Both the position numbers and the translations under genes were made by a program. From Blepharisma stoltei ATCC 30299 (lineage: Eukaryota > Protista > Ciliophora): 64,000 bases of DNA. Of this stretch, positions 48,423-60,809 are shown in pieces. How positions within the stretch are numbered: the stretch's first letter is position 1; every line of letters starts with the position of its first letter. The notes under the pieces are model-generated. The model was not told where the DNA came from. It did no database searches and saw only the letters and a list, made by a program, of their open reading frames with translations. The stretch is from positions 310,001-374,000 of the forward strand of contig CBFDEM010000058.1 of assembly GCA_965603825.1 (NCBI GenBank). The letters are read 5' to 3'.

Positions 48423-51400
48423 ATGAGTGAAAGGGAAGCATTTGTTAGGGCAAGAGTCAATAGAATGATGGAAGTCAGGAGGCAGGAAAACGAGCTCGGA
48501 CGGAAAAGCTCCCAAGATTATTCTGGAATCAAAAAAGCCAGCGAAACTTCTGATAATCTTCGAAAAACCTACATAGAAAAGCTAGAGCAAATCAATGCGC
48601 TCATGAGGGAGCGAGAAAATGCATTAGCTTTGATTGGGAAAGCGCACAAAGATGCAGAAGATAATCAAATGCGAATTGAAAAAGAGCAACGTGAGCGCCA
48701 AATATTTTTGGCAGAATCAAAGAAAAAAGCCAGGGAAAGGGGCATCAATGCTTTGAGGGTTGAACAAGAAAATGCCCAAGCCAAGGTAGATGAAGAAATT
48801 TACTATAAAAAACGCCGGGAAGAGATCTTGCAGCAGGAGTACGATAAGGCTCACAAGGTTGCTGAAGACTATAGAGCCAAGCAAAAAATAATTGAAGAAC
48901 AGCTTAGAAGAGAAGCAGAAGAAAATTTCATAAGGCCTGGAGGCCAAGTGATACGAGGGGAAATTGACTATTCAAAAACCCATTTCCACAACCCTATCAT
49001 CGTTAAACACGATCTAGCTGAAATTTCTGCTATGGAAAGAGCTCAGCAAGAAGCTGAATTAGAACAAAGAAAATTGTACCATCAGGAAGGAATCAAAATT
49101 ATGCAAGAGGAAAAAGCTAAAAACAGAGGTGAAGAAGCTCTGTATGTTGAAAACATCGAAAAAGAATACAAACAAATGATAACTGAGCTGGAAAAGCTTA
49201 AGAGAGCTGATGGCGAACAAAAGATCGAGCAAGGGATTTCTGATTCCATAACTCAGAACAGATGCATTATCACTGACTCACAGATAAACAAAAGAAAGCA
49301 ACAAGAAATGGAGGTGCAGTATGAAAAAATATTTAAACCAGAGCCTGTGAAGGAAAAAACGAGAATGACTTGGAACTTAAAAGAAAAGAAAGAAATAATT
49401 GAAGAAAACCCACAGAAATCTGTTAGTATTCCAAAGGTGGACTATATTCCAACTGTCAGCCAAGAAATAAGTTCATCAGGGCAGAAAAAAATAGTCATCC
49501 AAGAGGGACCTAGCAACGACCCATTTGAAAGCTTAAAAAATCCTTTAAAATACCCAGCTTTCAGCCAAGCGCACGAAAAGAAAGCTTCTGCCCCAAAGCT
49601 GCTTATAGACAGCCCTGAAAAATCTGAAAGTGAAGGATCTGAAGCAAGTGAAGATGAAAATGAGGAGGAAGATTATGTATCCAGTGAAAGCAGTGATGCT
49701 GACGAATCATTGAGTGCAAAATACAATGTCTATGAAAATCCAGACTACTCCTGGAAAAATGTTGCAATACAGCCACCACAGAAAATAAATGAAAAAATTA
49801 AAGATGATAAAAAAGAAGTTAAGCCTCCTTCAAGAGGAGTTTGGGAAATTAAAGAAAATAAAGATATTTTAGTGCCAGAAGACATCGTAACAGAAATTAA
49901 GCCTCATACAAGAGCTTCTTGGAAAGTTCAAGATCGTGAAGACTTAAGAAATATTCATGCCTCTATAAAAGAAGAGCCTCAACTTTCAAAGCCCCTTAGG
50001 AATAATATTGAAGAACCTGACTTTCCTCCCTTTCAAGAACCAAAAAGTTTCCAAATTACAAAAAGTGAGGAAATTGCTTCTAGGAATTATTCAAAAGAAA
50101 AAGCTCAAGAGAAATCATTTCCTGAGCAATTCGAAGAAGTACAGTTTTCTAAGCCAATTAAAGAAGCAACTCAAAAATCATGGGTACAAAATCCAATCGA
50201 GGAAATACAGCTTTCGAAGCCTAGTAGAGACATTCTCCAGCAAGCTCCTTACCAATTTCAGTCAAAAGAAGACAACGAAGTGGACCTCAAAGAAGACCCA
50301 TTGTTTAAAATAACAGAAAAGAAGACAACTTCAAGACCAGAATCAGCCAAAAAATCTCTGCAAGAAAAGCCAGCCCAGCAAGTCTCTTCGCGTCCACAAG
50401 AAAAGCAAATTAAGCAAGAAAGACCGCAAGAAAGGCCGCAAGAAGCCTATCAAGAACGAAAAGCCCAATCATATGAGACAAGTCCGATTGCATACCCTTC
50501 GTTTCCAGTCTACACTCCAATCCCTGTGATGCCAGTTTACCCTTATCCTACCTCTTATCAAGTCCCTTCTTTTCCTGCATATTTAAATCCTGCTTATCCA
50601 TCATATCCTAGCCAAATTTCTCCTCAATTTAACCAAAATTTCTCACAGCAACCTTTTTTGAGCCCTCAAAACGACCCTCCTTCATTAGCCTCATCCCAAA
50701 TTTCGGCCCTTTCTATGTCTCCTCCTCTCAGCTCTTCTATTGGCCAAAAAGATATGCAAAGCCCTATCACTTCCCCTTCTAAAGATAACCAGGATATCAT
50801 GAGAAGTCCTGTAAGTCTTCTAAGCTCAAGCCCAGAAAAGGAAGAAGAGCTCGGCCAAACCTCTTTTTTTCCTACCATGAAGCCTGCAGAAAAATTTGAC
50901 ATTTACTCAAAGGTAAAAACTGAATTCACAGCAAAGCCTCCTGAAGATTTCGAAGAAAGTCATAACGAACCTTTAAAGCCTAGATATGGAAACGGTGAAA
51001 AGCTAAAGAAAAGCGAGTCATGGGACTTTGACTTTGATAAAGTCACCTCAAAAGCTCAGCCTAAGAAGAGAGAAATCCAGACAAGCAAGCCAGTTGTAAT
51101 GGATTTCAGTGACGATAAAGGGAAAAGTCTGGCTGAAATTTTCAAAGAAAAAAAATCAAAAACCCTTGAACATCTGGCAGAGCGTGACCCAAAGCCTGTT
51201 AAAGCTGAGAAAAAAGAAAAAACCAAAGAAGAGCTCTTTGAAATCAGGAAAAACTTGTTGAAGCACCAGAAGAGTAAGGAAGAAACTAAGAAAGAAGCTC
51301 TGGCTGAGCAGACTAGCATTAAACATCCTAAGGGAGACTTAATGGAAAGGTTGGCTTCTGGACAAAAAGTAAAAGTAAACAAGCGAGATATGAAAAAGCT

Positions 51401-51554
51401 GACTGAAAAGAATTATGAATTACTCCCTGAAGTTAAGAAGAGAAAAGAAGAAGAAAAAAAGAAGCAAGAGCAAGCCGAACGAAGACAGAGAGCCAGAGAA
51501 TTTGAGAAAAAACGTCAAGAAACCAGATTTAAATCTTTAAATAAATACGAATAA
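48423..51554 (+). CDS. ALMS-motif centriole/basal-body protein (CEP295/Ana1-like), 1043 aa
   Basis: N-terminal RVNRMMEVRRQE coiled coil and C-terminal ALMS motif MKKLTEKNYELLPEVKKRKEEEKK. Confidence 0.7.
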   Translation: MSEREAFVRARVNRMMEVRRQENELGRKSSQDYSGIKKASETSDNLRKTYIEKLEQINALMRERENALALIGKAHKDAEDNQMRIEKEQRERQIFLAESKKKARERGINALRVEQENAQAKVDEEIYYKKRREEILQQEYDKAHKVAEDYRAKQKIIEEQLRREAEENFIRPGGQVIRGEIDYSKTHFHNPIIVKHDLAEISAMERAQQEAELEQRKLYHQEGIKIMQEEKAKNRGEEALYVENIEKEYKQMITELEKLKRADGEQKIEQGISDSITQNRCIITDSQINKRKQQEMEVQYEKIFKPEPVKEKTRMTWNLKEKKEIIEENPQKSVSIPKVDYIPTVSQEISSSGQKKIVIQEGPSNDPFESLKNPLKYPAFSQAHEKKASAPKLLIDSPEKSESEGSEASEDENEEEDYVSSESSDADESLSAKYNVYENPDYSWKNVAIQPPQKINEKIKDDKKEVKPPSRGVWEIKENKDILVPEDIVTEIKPHTRASWKVQDREDLRNIHASIKEEPQLSKPLRNNIEEPDFPPFQEPKSFQITKSEEIASRNYSKEKAQEKSFPEQFEEVQFSKPIKEATQKSWVQNPIEEIQLSKPSRDILQQAPYQFQSKEDNEVDLKEDPLFKITEKKTTSRPESAKKSLQEKPAQQVSSRPQEKQIKQERPQERPQEAYQERKAQSYETSPIAYPSFPVYTPIPVMPVYPYPTSYQVPSFPAYLNPAYPSYPSQISPQFNQNFSQQPFLSPQNDPPSLASSQISALSMSPPLSSSIGQKDMQSPITSPSKDNQDIMRSPVSLLSSSPEKEEELGQTSFFPTMKPAEKFDIYSKVKTEFTAKPPEDFEESHNEPLKPRYGNGEKLKKSESWDFDFDKVTSKAQPKKREIQTSKPVVMDFSDDKGKSLAEIFKEKKSKTLEHLAERDPKPVKAEKKEKTKEELFEIRKNLLKHQKSKEETKKEALAEQTSIKHPKGDLMERLASGQKVKVNKRDMKKLTEKNYELLPEVKKRKEEEKKKQEQAERRQRAREFEKKRQETRFKSLNKYE

Positions 51555-51588
51555 CCATGTTTACATACAAAAAAGTCTTAAATATTTC

Positions 51589-52398
51589 TTAAATGTTGGT
51601 ATCAAAGTAGCAGTGAATATGAAAATACCTCTTTTCTCCAAAAGTGTTATGCACGATTAAAGGAATCATAGGAAACCCGGTACGAAATGACAAGTGTAAG
51701 TTGCAGACATAGCATTTTTCGGTAAAGATATTTTTGTGAAGCTCCATTCACATCAGCAATTTATTAAAGCATGCCATGAAGCTTCTGGTTTCACAGGCCA
51801 AGCTGGTTTCCCATCTTGACTCTACTAACGACAGAAACTGATTTAAATTAAGTGAGGAGCTTTCCAACGAGAATTCATATCTTTTGACTGTCCCTTCTGA
51901 GCATATCATTAGCAGCTTGATCCCGAACAGCAATTTTGTATTAATCCTATAAACTGACTTGCCTGCATCAGAGTACTCAAATGATTCAATCACTTTCCTT
52001 TTCTTATAGTTTTCCTTCAGATCTTCAAGTTGAGGTCTCATCTCAGGGCCAGGAACTGGCGATAAATCTAAGATCCCAAATTTTAATAGTGATACTTTGA
52101 AAACGCCTTCTAGAATGTGGGAATTCTTTTTGACTTTGTAATTTCTTTTGCTTTCGTTGCTAAGTTCAGCTTTTCGCTTGGAGTCTAGAATGCTTTTGGG
52201 GCATTTTTGAAGCTTCATTATGCAAGCTTCGATCTGTTCCTCAGCATATCTGGCATTTCTTTTGATTTCTTCTAATCTTTCGGCTTCACCTTCTTCTCCT
52301 ATTGCTCTAGGTACACTTTCGACTATTGCTTTGAGGTATTGAGTTTGCTTTATTGCAGATATGATTGTGTTTCTAATGTCAGCTAGTTGAGTGCCCAT
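51589..52398 (-). CDS. MED27: Mediator subunit 27-like protein, 269 aa
   Basis: After TGA read-through the C-terminus reads LM-W-MELHKNIFTEKCYVC..L.....P........YFHIHC, matching the MED27 W......F..PC..C...H..C zinc-binding end. Confidence 0.6.
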
Positions 52399-52419
52399 TT
52401 ATTAGTGTAAATTAAGCTA

Positions 52420-52989
52420 TTATTTGCCTTGGGTTTGAGCTAGATTTCCAAAGTGTGAAGCCATGATCCTTGAGAACTCCCTGTAAAACTCTTGGACTTC
52501 CATGTCGTTTTGATACTTCGTTTTGGCAAGATTGGGATTTGCTTTGAGCTCTTCAACTGCACCCATTATCCGTGGATTCGTTAAACCTCGGGCTAGTAAA
52601 GGATTTCCAGCGAACTGTTCAAGGAGGTTTGGAGTAAGTCAAGACTCAGTGTTTGTGTTTAAATAATGCATTGCTTGTTGGACTTCTGGTATAACTAATG
52701 GGCTTTCTTTTGCTGTTTTAGCTTTTAAAGTGGTAATTTCTTTAACTTTTGGTTGAGCTTTTGGCTTGGACTTGGGAGGATTATCAAAAAACCCTTTTTT
52801 GAGCCCATCTCCAAATTTTTCTTTTTTCGGAGGAGGCTTGGAAATTGGCTGGGGCTCTTGAACTGGCAGTGGTGGAGGCTGTGAAACTTTAACTTCTTCT
52901 GGTGGAATATATTTTCCTCTTTGTATTAGATAATCAGTCATATCTTCTAAAGGAGGAACATCTTCATCACTATATTAAAATTACCTCAT
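52420..52989 (-). CDS. STI1-like domain protein, one intron, about 184 aa
   Basis: MSDEDVPPLEDM, GLKKGFF, W(TGA)LTPNLLE...NP.L...NPR....ELKANP. Intron at 52970-52984. Confidence 0.75.
52970..52984 (-). other. 15-nt intron
   Basis: GTAATTTTAATATAG, a canonical heterotrich form, located in codon 2. Confidence 0.88.
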
Positions 52990-54028
52990 TATTTCTACCG
53001 AAATTATAAAGTTTTATATTAAACTAAGAAATCAGAGTTCATACTTGCAACAATTAATTATCTTATTTAAAATTATTTTAGTTTTAAGCATAAATATATC
53101 CCTGAATAAGATATACAAAAACATTATTTTAAATGGCTTTCCTAAAATAATAAGACTTAATTTTTGAACTCATCATTAATTTACAAAATGAAGGGTATTA
53201 TTTTGCAAAAATTAATAATAAAATGCATCAGCAACTTATTTTTCTTCTTATTAAGAAAATTTCTACTTATGGGTTCAAAATCTTTTCAATTCATGGCTTC
53301 TTATAAATTTTTTAAATTTATAGAGTTTTTGAATTTTTTTAATTTTCAAATTTTTTTTATAGGACACTATTCTCAGTGACTAGGGATTGATTTTTGAAAG
53401 AATTTAAAGCATATTCTCCTGCATTCTAAAGCCATTCTTGCATTATGGCTCTTAATAATCATTTTTTTTTCAATTCCATATTGAGTTTTTTCTGCAATTT
53501 AAATTCAAGAATATTTGGCCTGGAGGATTGAATTCACCTGCTGCAAGTTCATAATTGATTAAACTAAACACCTGAAATCATCCTAAATGTAACTAGACAA
53601 AGAAACCCAACATGAAGAATCTATAGCAATTCGTTGCTCTGCTCTTTTATGGCTTATAATATAGAAGGAATTAAAAGAAGGATATTTCAGTTTAATTTCA
53701 GTGACTTTTTCTATTTTGCTCAATTTAATAGAGTCTTTAAAAAGGTTTTTCTTTATGAGTAGAGAAGGATATATCTGTTATTTACATTTAAGTGCTATTA
53801 TTTCAGAGCTCAAAGAAAAAACTTCTTAAAAAAAATTCATTAATTCAATGCTAGGCATAGATCTGATATTTTACAAACAAGGAAAATAAATTAGCTTATT
53901 TCTTAAAATCAAGTCTAGTGTTTTTTTGTTTTTAATTTAAATTTATACTTGATTTTTCAGCTAAGTTTCAATATGCTCTAGCACGCTTTCTCTACTTTTA
54001 TTTAATAGCTATAATCTCTCCTAGGAAA

Positions 54029-54505
54029 ATGCCATTTCAGTTTGAAAAGTTGCAACCGCATATTTGTTTTTTCTGCAAAATGAAAACATATAGATGCGAC
54101 TATCAAGGATGCAGTCTCGAGTACTCTACAAAGTATAACCTTAAGCGACACACAGCAAATTATCACCAAGGGCTGAGACACTCCTGCTCAATTTGCGGAA
54201 AACAGCTATCATCAGCTCAAAGTCTACAAGATCACGAATACTGTCATACAGGCGAGAAGCCTTACCACTGCAGATATCCAGGGTGCTCTAAGCGGTATCG
54301 GCAGGCCAGTCAACTTTCCGTACATAAAAGAAAACATAAAATCCGAGTCACTAGGAAACCATGAGTTTTCCCAGATTTAGTTGTAATATTTATTCAGATA
54401 AAGCTTTCTCTCTTGGAAGATTCATCAAAGCTTCATCAAATTCCTAATGGGCCGTTTACAATAGCAGATGCCATACTCCCACCTTTACTAAAATCTGCAA
54501 TTTAA
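54029..54505 (+). CDS. C2H2 zinc-finger protein (3 fingers; start may be ATG 54080)
   Basis: CDYQGC..H...H, CSIC..H...H, TGEKPY linker, CRYPGC..H...H; TGA read-through to TAA at 54503-54505. Confidence 0.88.
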
Positions 54506-54774
54506 AACTAAATATGAACTTTAGTATTTTCCATATTAATAATTTGAGCTATTTCTATTATATTTTTATTCAAAGATAAAAATTCGAGTCTAAGCTCAAT
54601 TTCTCAAGAACTTTAAAATTGATCAGTTTGATTGAAATAGATTTTTGGACTTTAATGGTTGCTCTGTCTAAAAGATGCTTTACTTGAAAAGTCTTAAGGA
54701 ATAATTATTGATAAAAATATCTTATCTATCTTATGATATTCCATATTTAAAGTGCATTTAATATAGCACTTTAG

Positions 54775-57282
54775 ATGATAAAATATTGTTGTTTCATAGG
54801 AATACTTATTTCCTATTACATAAATGCTCAATATTATACAGAAAGCGAAATCAAACAAATATGCAGTCAAGGAAACGCTGACTCAAATCCACCCTCATTA
54901 TCACCAGGAAATGACACAATTGACTTTATCAATAAATTCAAAAGAAAAAATTACATGAGACAGTATTATGGTCCAGATACAAAAGTTTTTGCTTACGATG
55001 ACAGAGTGAAATATGCATTTGATATTACGCCTTGATGCGTATTTCTCTATTTCTTTGCTTTTGGGATTATCTTTTGGAGCATGTATGTTTTCTGTATTTG
55101 CTGTAAATGCTGCTACTGTTTTAGCGGTCCTGCTACAAAAATACAGAGCAAGCGAAGACTGGCATGCCCATGAATAATATTGATGACTTTTGGCTTATTT
55201 TCTTTGGTCTTAGCACCTTATAGCATTTTTTACTCAAACAACTTGGAAACAAATTTTTATTATCAGCTGTGTGTTACTTCTAGATGATCTGAAGGCTATT
55301 TTTATGGGTATGACAATTGAGGCGGACTAACTCAGATTCAAGATTTGAGTACCCAATTTGAAGGTATTTTGAGTGATACAGCAGCTTCAATGAACTCAAC
55401 ATTATATAAATATTATCACGATCCAAAGTATGAAATTTCAAGCATCTTAGAAGACTCTGTCTCTGTTTTTGATAGCTTTATTGAAGGGGTCAACATTGAA
55501 GAATTCAAAAACCCAAATTCAGATTTCAGCTCGCAGCTTCCAAGCGGCTACAAGTGTGAAGTGTGTAAGAATCTTAGCAATTATGTTGACTCTTTCAGTA
55601 CAGAGGTGTACTCTTTGACTGACGAAAGAGCTGCGATGATGCAAACAGTTGATGATTCGTATTCTATGTACATCAACAAGAACAGTACAATCATCGAAAC
55701 AGTAAAAGAACAAATTTCATGGCTTGACCACTTAACATATCAGTATCACGAATACGAAAGCCACTACCTAAAGATGTTTAAAGATGTAAACGTAATTTAG
55801 CTAGCTGACGCAGTTGCTGTCATTTTTGGCTATAATATGGCAATGCTGGGACTTGCCATTCTTTTGACTTTCTGCCAAGCCTTGGCAGGTTTCATGATAT
55901 GGAGGCAGCAATACAAGTGAAGGACGATGATCCATATAAATTGATGCTGCCACTCACTTATGATGTCCTTTTTCTTTTCAGTAGGCGGAATAATGTTGGT
56001 TTCAGCTTTGGTAGTTAGCGAAGGATGTGAAATTTTTGCTGATGTAATTCAAGAAAATAAATTCTATCTTCACTTCGTAAACTATAATTAGGATCTTCCA
56101 GGAGGAGCTGCAATTGGGTATTGCTATTTTGGAGATGGTGATTTCCCAGATTTCATAAACCTGACAGACACTTTAACTTTTGTAGATACTCTGCTGTATG
56201 AATACGAAAATACAACAAGCATGAAATGAGAGTTTGAGTTTCCTTCTCTTAATAAAGTGAATTCATTGATTTCTGATTCAAGCTTAAAGTCGTATTTAAG
56301 TGTAGATAATTCCAGTGATTACTGGCATGAAGATGATGAAATTAATTTCTTTCTATTTTCTCCAAGTAATCTGTATTATAAGCAAAGCGATTTTGCAAAC
56401 ATCTACACAGATGCCACAGTATATCAAACTCAGATAAACCATTGTGGGTATAAGGTTTTAACTGACTATTGGGTTTACTTAAAAGAAAGCTGCCCTTCTA
56501 CTTATGTTTATTCCTGGGGAGTTTCCACAACTGATGTGACTCAAATGTATTGTTATGCCTTGCACGATGCTCAGGAAAATGATATCAAATCTCGATACAC
56601 CAAGCAAGGATTCTTCTCTTCTTGCACCAATGTGAATACCAATACATATCCTGAGATGATTCTGCAATTATTATATCGAGCGAACTCTTCATGGAGTCTA
56701 CAAACGTCATTGGTAAGCGACCAATATACACTGAAAAATAATACGTACTACATGAATAGTAATATAACTAGTTTTGGAGAGAAAATGACAAACTATAACA
56801 ATGCTATAAACGCAGCCATGGCCGATATGAAAAATTTGAAAACAAAAATGGAGAATTACTTGAGCACTATGAATTGCTCTGATATTTATTCACTGACTCA
56901 AGAACTTTATACAGGGTTCTGTGGAGAATTTATTTACAACCTCTTTGACTTGTCACTGTACATAGGCAGCTTAGGAATTTGCCAAATGTTTCTCAGTTTA
57001 TCTGCAATCCTTATTTTATTCAGATACAGAAGCGATCTAGAAATTGAGCAAGAAAAAATCTTGAGGACAATTGGTGACAAGAAAAGAAAAGTCAGTGAGA
57101 ATGACACTGAGCTGCCAAGAATTGACTCACGGATTTCTGATATAAAGAGAAGGAGGGGAAGAGACCTAACCGATATATCAGCGACTTCAAGTATGGAGGA
57201 TATTACAAGCAGAACTGATGACAGCTCTTCGATAGTATTAGAAGCAATCAACCCTAAGCGAAGAGTAAAAATAGAAGTTTAG
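54775..57282 (+). CDS. Pentaspan (prominin/Tweety-like topology) membrane glycoprotein, two introns, about 825 aa
   Basis: Signal peptide, TM1, Cys-rich loop CICCKCCYC, TM2, large loop, TM3-4, large Cys-containing loop, TM5, charged tail. Introns at 55786-55800 and 56077-56091. Confidence 0.75.
55786..55800 (+). other. 15-nt intron
   Basis: GTAAACGTAATTTAG; removes an in-frame TAG. Confidence 0.85.
56077..56091 (+). other. 15-nt intron
   Basis: GTAAACTATAATTAG; removes an in-frame TAG. Confidence 0.85.
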
Positions 57283-57322
57283 CAAGAGAAATTTTATATT
57301 AATATTTTATTGTAATTTTAAG

Positions 57323-59551
57323 ATGAGTGACTGTAGTGATCCTCTCTCTTATGATTATCAGATTAAATACACGCTTGAAGGGAATGAAAAAATACTAAGA
57401 GCTTCTCTTAAATCTGAAGACTTTTCTTGTGAAATTAATTCAGAAGCCCATTGAATTTCAATTAGCAAGCTGCCAGAAAATACTTCTCTATCAACATGTT
57501 TAAATATCGGCACTCAGCACATCCATGCAATTTTATTATCAGGAAGTTCATTGATGCCTTCTCGCAGAAAGCTTTACTTGAAGGTAAGAAAAGGAAGCGA
57601 TTTTAGACTTCCTTACAAGATGATCAAGGAACTTAATATAAAAAACAAAGATGTGTGCGTGAGAGAAGAGAGCCTCAACTTCGAGACAGCTCAAGAAGTT
57701 TATATCGAGCGATGCTCGTCAAACTTAACGACTGAAGAAATCATTGAATTCCCTGATATAATTGAAGCAAATATGGATATCCCTATCTTAATTGAAAGAT
57801 CCACCCATTGTTTGTACGGAGGGCTTTTTACTAAAACCCAAACATGGAAAATTGCATCTGTCAACAAATCGACTGAAAATAAACCTTATTTGTTCGATAA
57901 GCATAGGACGAAAATTTCATTTGCTAATTCCAAGAAAAGAGTTGGAATATCAAATGCTTATAAATGCTTCACAAAAAACTCAGCAATTTTCTCCAAATGC
58001 GAATCGCTGAAAAACCCTGTGAGATTTATTGAAAATTTCTGCAAAAACTATGAAAATGTGCCAATAGGGATTCGAATTATAGGAACAAGAGGGTGTGGAA
58101 AAAGAGCTATAGTTTCAAAAGCAGCTAAAAAGCTTGGTTTCAATTTATTAGAAGTTTCACTTTTTGACATAGCTAGTCTTCCTGGGATTTCGCAAACTTT
58201 TGAAGACGCAAAAGCTTTGACTCCATGCATTTTGCACATCCGCCAGTTTTCTGATGCCTTGAACCTCATGACTTATGGACAAAAAGAAATTTCAAACAAA
58301 ATTGCTGACCTATTTGATAGCTTTTCTAGAGAAATAACAGATTTTCCATTGATTATCATTATATCTTCAAGTAATATTCAAACTTTTCCTGGATTTCTTA
58401 ATTCTTATGCAGCTCTAGAAATCCATCCTCCAAACGAGCAAGATCGCATTGAAATTCTGGCTTCATTGGCAAGCCATTTTAACCTTGACCTCGATATCAC
58501 ATATATTGCAAAGTAAAACCTAAATAGACAAACATCTGGAAAAACGATTGAAGAAATCATCATGATTATAACAGATATTGCTGCAAGAAATTTACCTTTT
58601 GATCAGGTCCTTTCATCGTTAAAAATCACAAGCTCTTCTATCCCAAATGTTAAATGAGAAGATATAGGTGGCCTTGCCCATGCTAAAAAAGATATCATTG
58701 ATACAATTCAATTGCCCTTGATTCATCCAGAACTTTTTGCCTCAGGAATTAAAGCAAGATCAGGACTTCTGCTGTATGGGCCCCCTGGGACTGGAAAAAC
58801 ACTCCTTGCCAAAGCTGTAGCGACTGAATGCTCTTTGAACTTTATGGCAGTCAAAGGGCCAGAACTGCTCAATATGTATGTTGGAGAGTCAGAAAGAAAC
58901 ATCAGGGAACTCTTTCAGCAAGCGAGAAATGCGCAGCCTTGTGTTTTGTTTTTTGATGAATTAGACTCGTTGGCTCCGAAAAGAGGATCTGGAGGGGACT
59001 CTGGAGGAGTCATGGATAGAATTGTATCATCCTTGCTGACAGAAATAGACGGCTTACAGAAGTCAAATTCTTTATTTGTTATTGCTGCTACAAATAGACC
59101 TGATTTATTGGATGATGCACTGCTAAGAGGAGGAAGATTGGATAAGTTGATATATTTAGGAGTTTGCGAAGACAAAGAATCCCAAATTAAGATTTTAGAA
59201 GCCATCACAAGGAAGTTTGACTTGCAGGACTGCTCTTTGGAAGCTGTAGCTGAGAGATGCTCATTTACGTTTACTGGCGCAGACTTCTATGCTCTTTGCA
59301 GCTCAGCTTTAAGCAAAGCCTATCGAGAAAAAGCAGCCGAGCTTGAAAGAGAGCTTGAAGACTGGAACGAGCAGCATTACTACGAAGAGCCGATGGATCT
59401 CAATAGTTTCCTACTAATGAAAAAGGATGATCTTAAGGTTACAGTGCGTTTTCGTCACTTTGAAGAGGTTCTGGATGGATTTACCCCTTCACTTACAGCG
59501 GAAGAAATCGGACGATATAAAAGCATTCAAACAAACTTGACTAAAAAATAA
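57323..59551 (+). CDS. PEX6: Peroxisomal AAA ATPase PEX6, one intron, about 737 aa
   Basis: Degenerate D1 (GTRGCGK); IPNVK(W=TGA)EDIGGL; D2 [63 protein letters not shown]. Intron at 58513-58527. Confidence 0.93.
58513..58527 (+). other. 15-nt intron
   Basis: GTAAAACCTAAATAG; removes an in-frame TAA. Confidence 0.88.
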
Positions 59552-59723
59552 ATCCATTTTTAAAGTAAATGACAAGAATTGAATCTACTACTGTTTAAAG
59601 AGATTAAAAGTGCGTTATATAATTTAAGTTGTGAGCTTTGCTTCTGCACTCTCAGTCACCGAAGACTTGAAAAATTGCAGCAAATTATTTTTATTCAGGA
59701 AACAACAAATGGCACCTTTAATC

Positions 59724-60809
59724 CTAAATTTTTAATTTACATCTGAAAGACATATCACAGTAATCAAACAGCAGATTATCTGTAACTTCTGCCTTCAAAG
59801 AGTCGCGAGATGTTGAATCTTCTGTGTGAAGATACTTAAGTATCCCGTTCCTCGAGCTTTTGTCTTTAATTATTCACATTTTGCCTTCTTTGTATATTTC
59901 TGCGTGCTTCTTGGACATCTTGAAGTCGAATGGAAATCGAAAGCTGTTTCCTCTCGATCTTCCGACTGTCCTCGGCTTTTTTTCAAGTGCGTCAATTTCT
60001 TCATATCTGGGAGCTTCGTTTTCTGACTCAAACTCTAGCTGTACATTGCCTATATAATCTATGTCTCTTATCTTCATTTTGGTCCTCCCAAACATATAAA
60101 TTTGCCCTACTGTAAGAACTGATTGTTGGACACGGATTTTAAGCTCAGGGCAATTTGTAGCTGTTTCGTGCACAAAAACGTGATTTTTTAACTTCTCAAA
60201 CACAATTTGGCTGGAGGAACTTATAGGGATGTGAACGTTAAAACCAGAAATTTCTTTTCCTGCCCTAATCGGCCATTCATTGTCAAATTTAAAAGAATAA
60301 AACTCTTTTAAATTTTCATTAGCTCTGTTGTAGGAAGGCGTGAGCCTTATTATGGTAAAAAACGAATTTTGATCGAGGTTGATTTCTCTTATCCCTGAGC
60401 ATTTTTCATTTGAAGAATTACTTAAATAGTCCTGCGAAATCCTTTGGAATTTAAATGATTTGATTGGGGCTCTCTCAATCTGTTTCTGGTTTTGCTTAAC
60501 CGTGCCATTTAAGCTTTCTTTCAAAAATTCTTCAAATTGAGTGACCATGTCAGGAAAGGAATTTATAAAATAAAAATCCAGTATTCCTGCAATATAGTTG
60601 ATTAAGTACAATTTGCTGACTTCGTCAGCCAGAGTTTGATTGACTATGATTAAAATTTTATTGCATAGCTCTTTTATGTTACTTGGAATCTCTTCATTCA
60701 AGAGATTTTGGCAAGTAAACTTAATTGAATTCTGGCACTTTTCGAGTTCAATTGGGCTATCTTGTGATAAATGGCAAAGCCATTCTACTAATATTGTTTG
60801 GAAATTCAT
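59724..60809 (-). CDS. FHA-domain protein, 361 aa
   Basis: TVGRS....F..D.KMSKKHAEI.....W(TGA).IKD..SRNG FHA signature; stop is TAG at 59724-59726. Confidence 0.82.

Noticed and set aside
59724-59740. Possible 17-nt intron extending the FHA gene
   Set aside because: The gene ends sensibly at TAG after the complete FHA domain, and the extension has no recognisable content.
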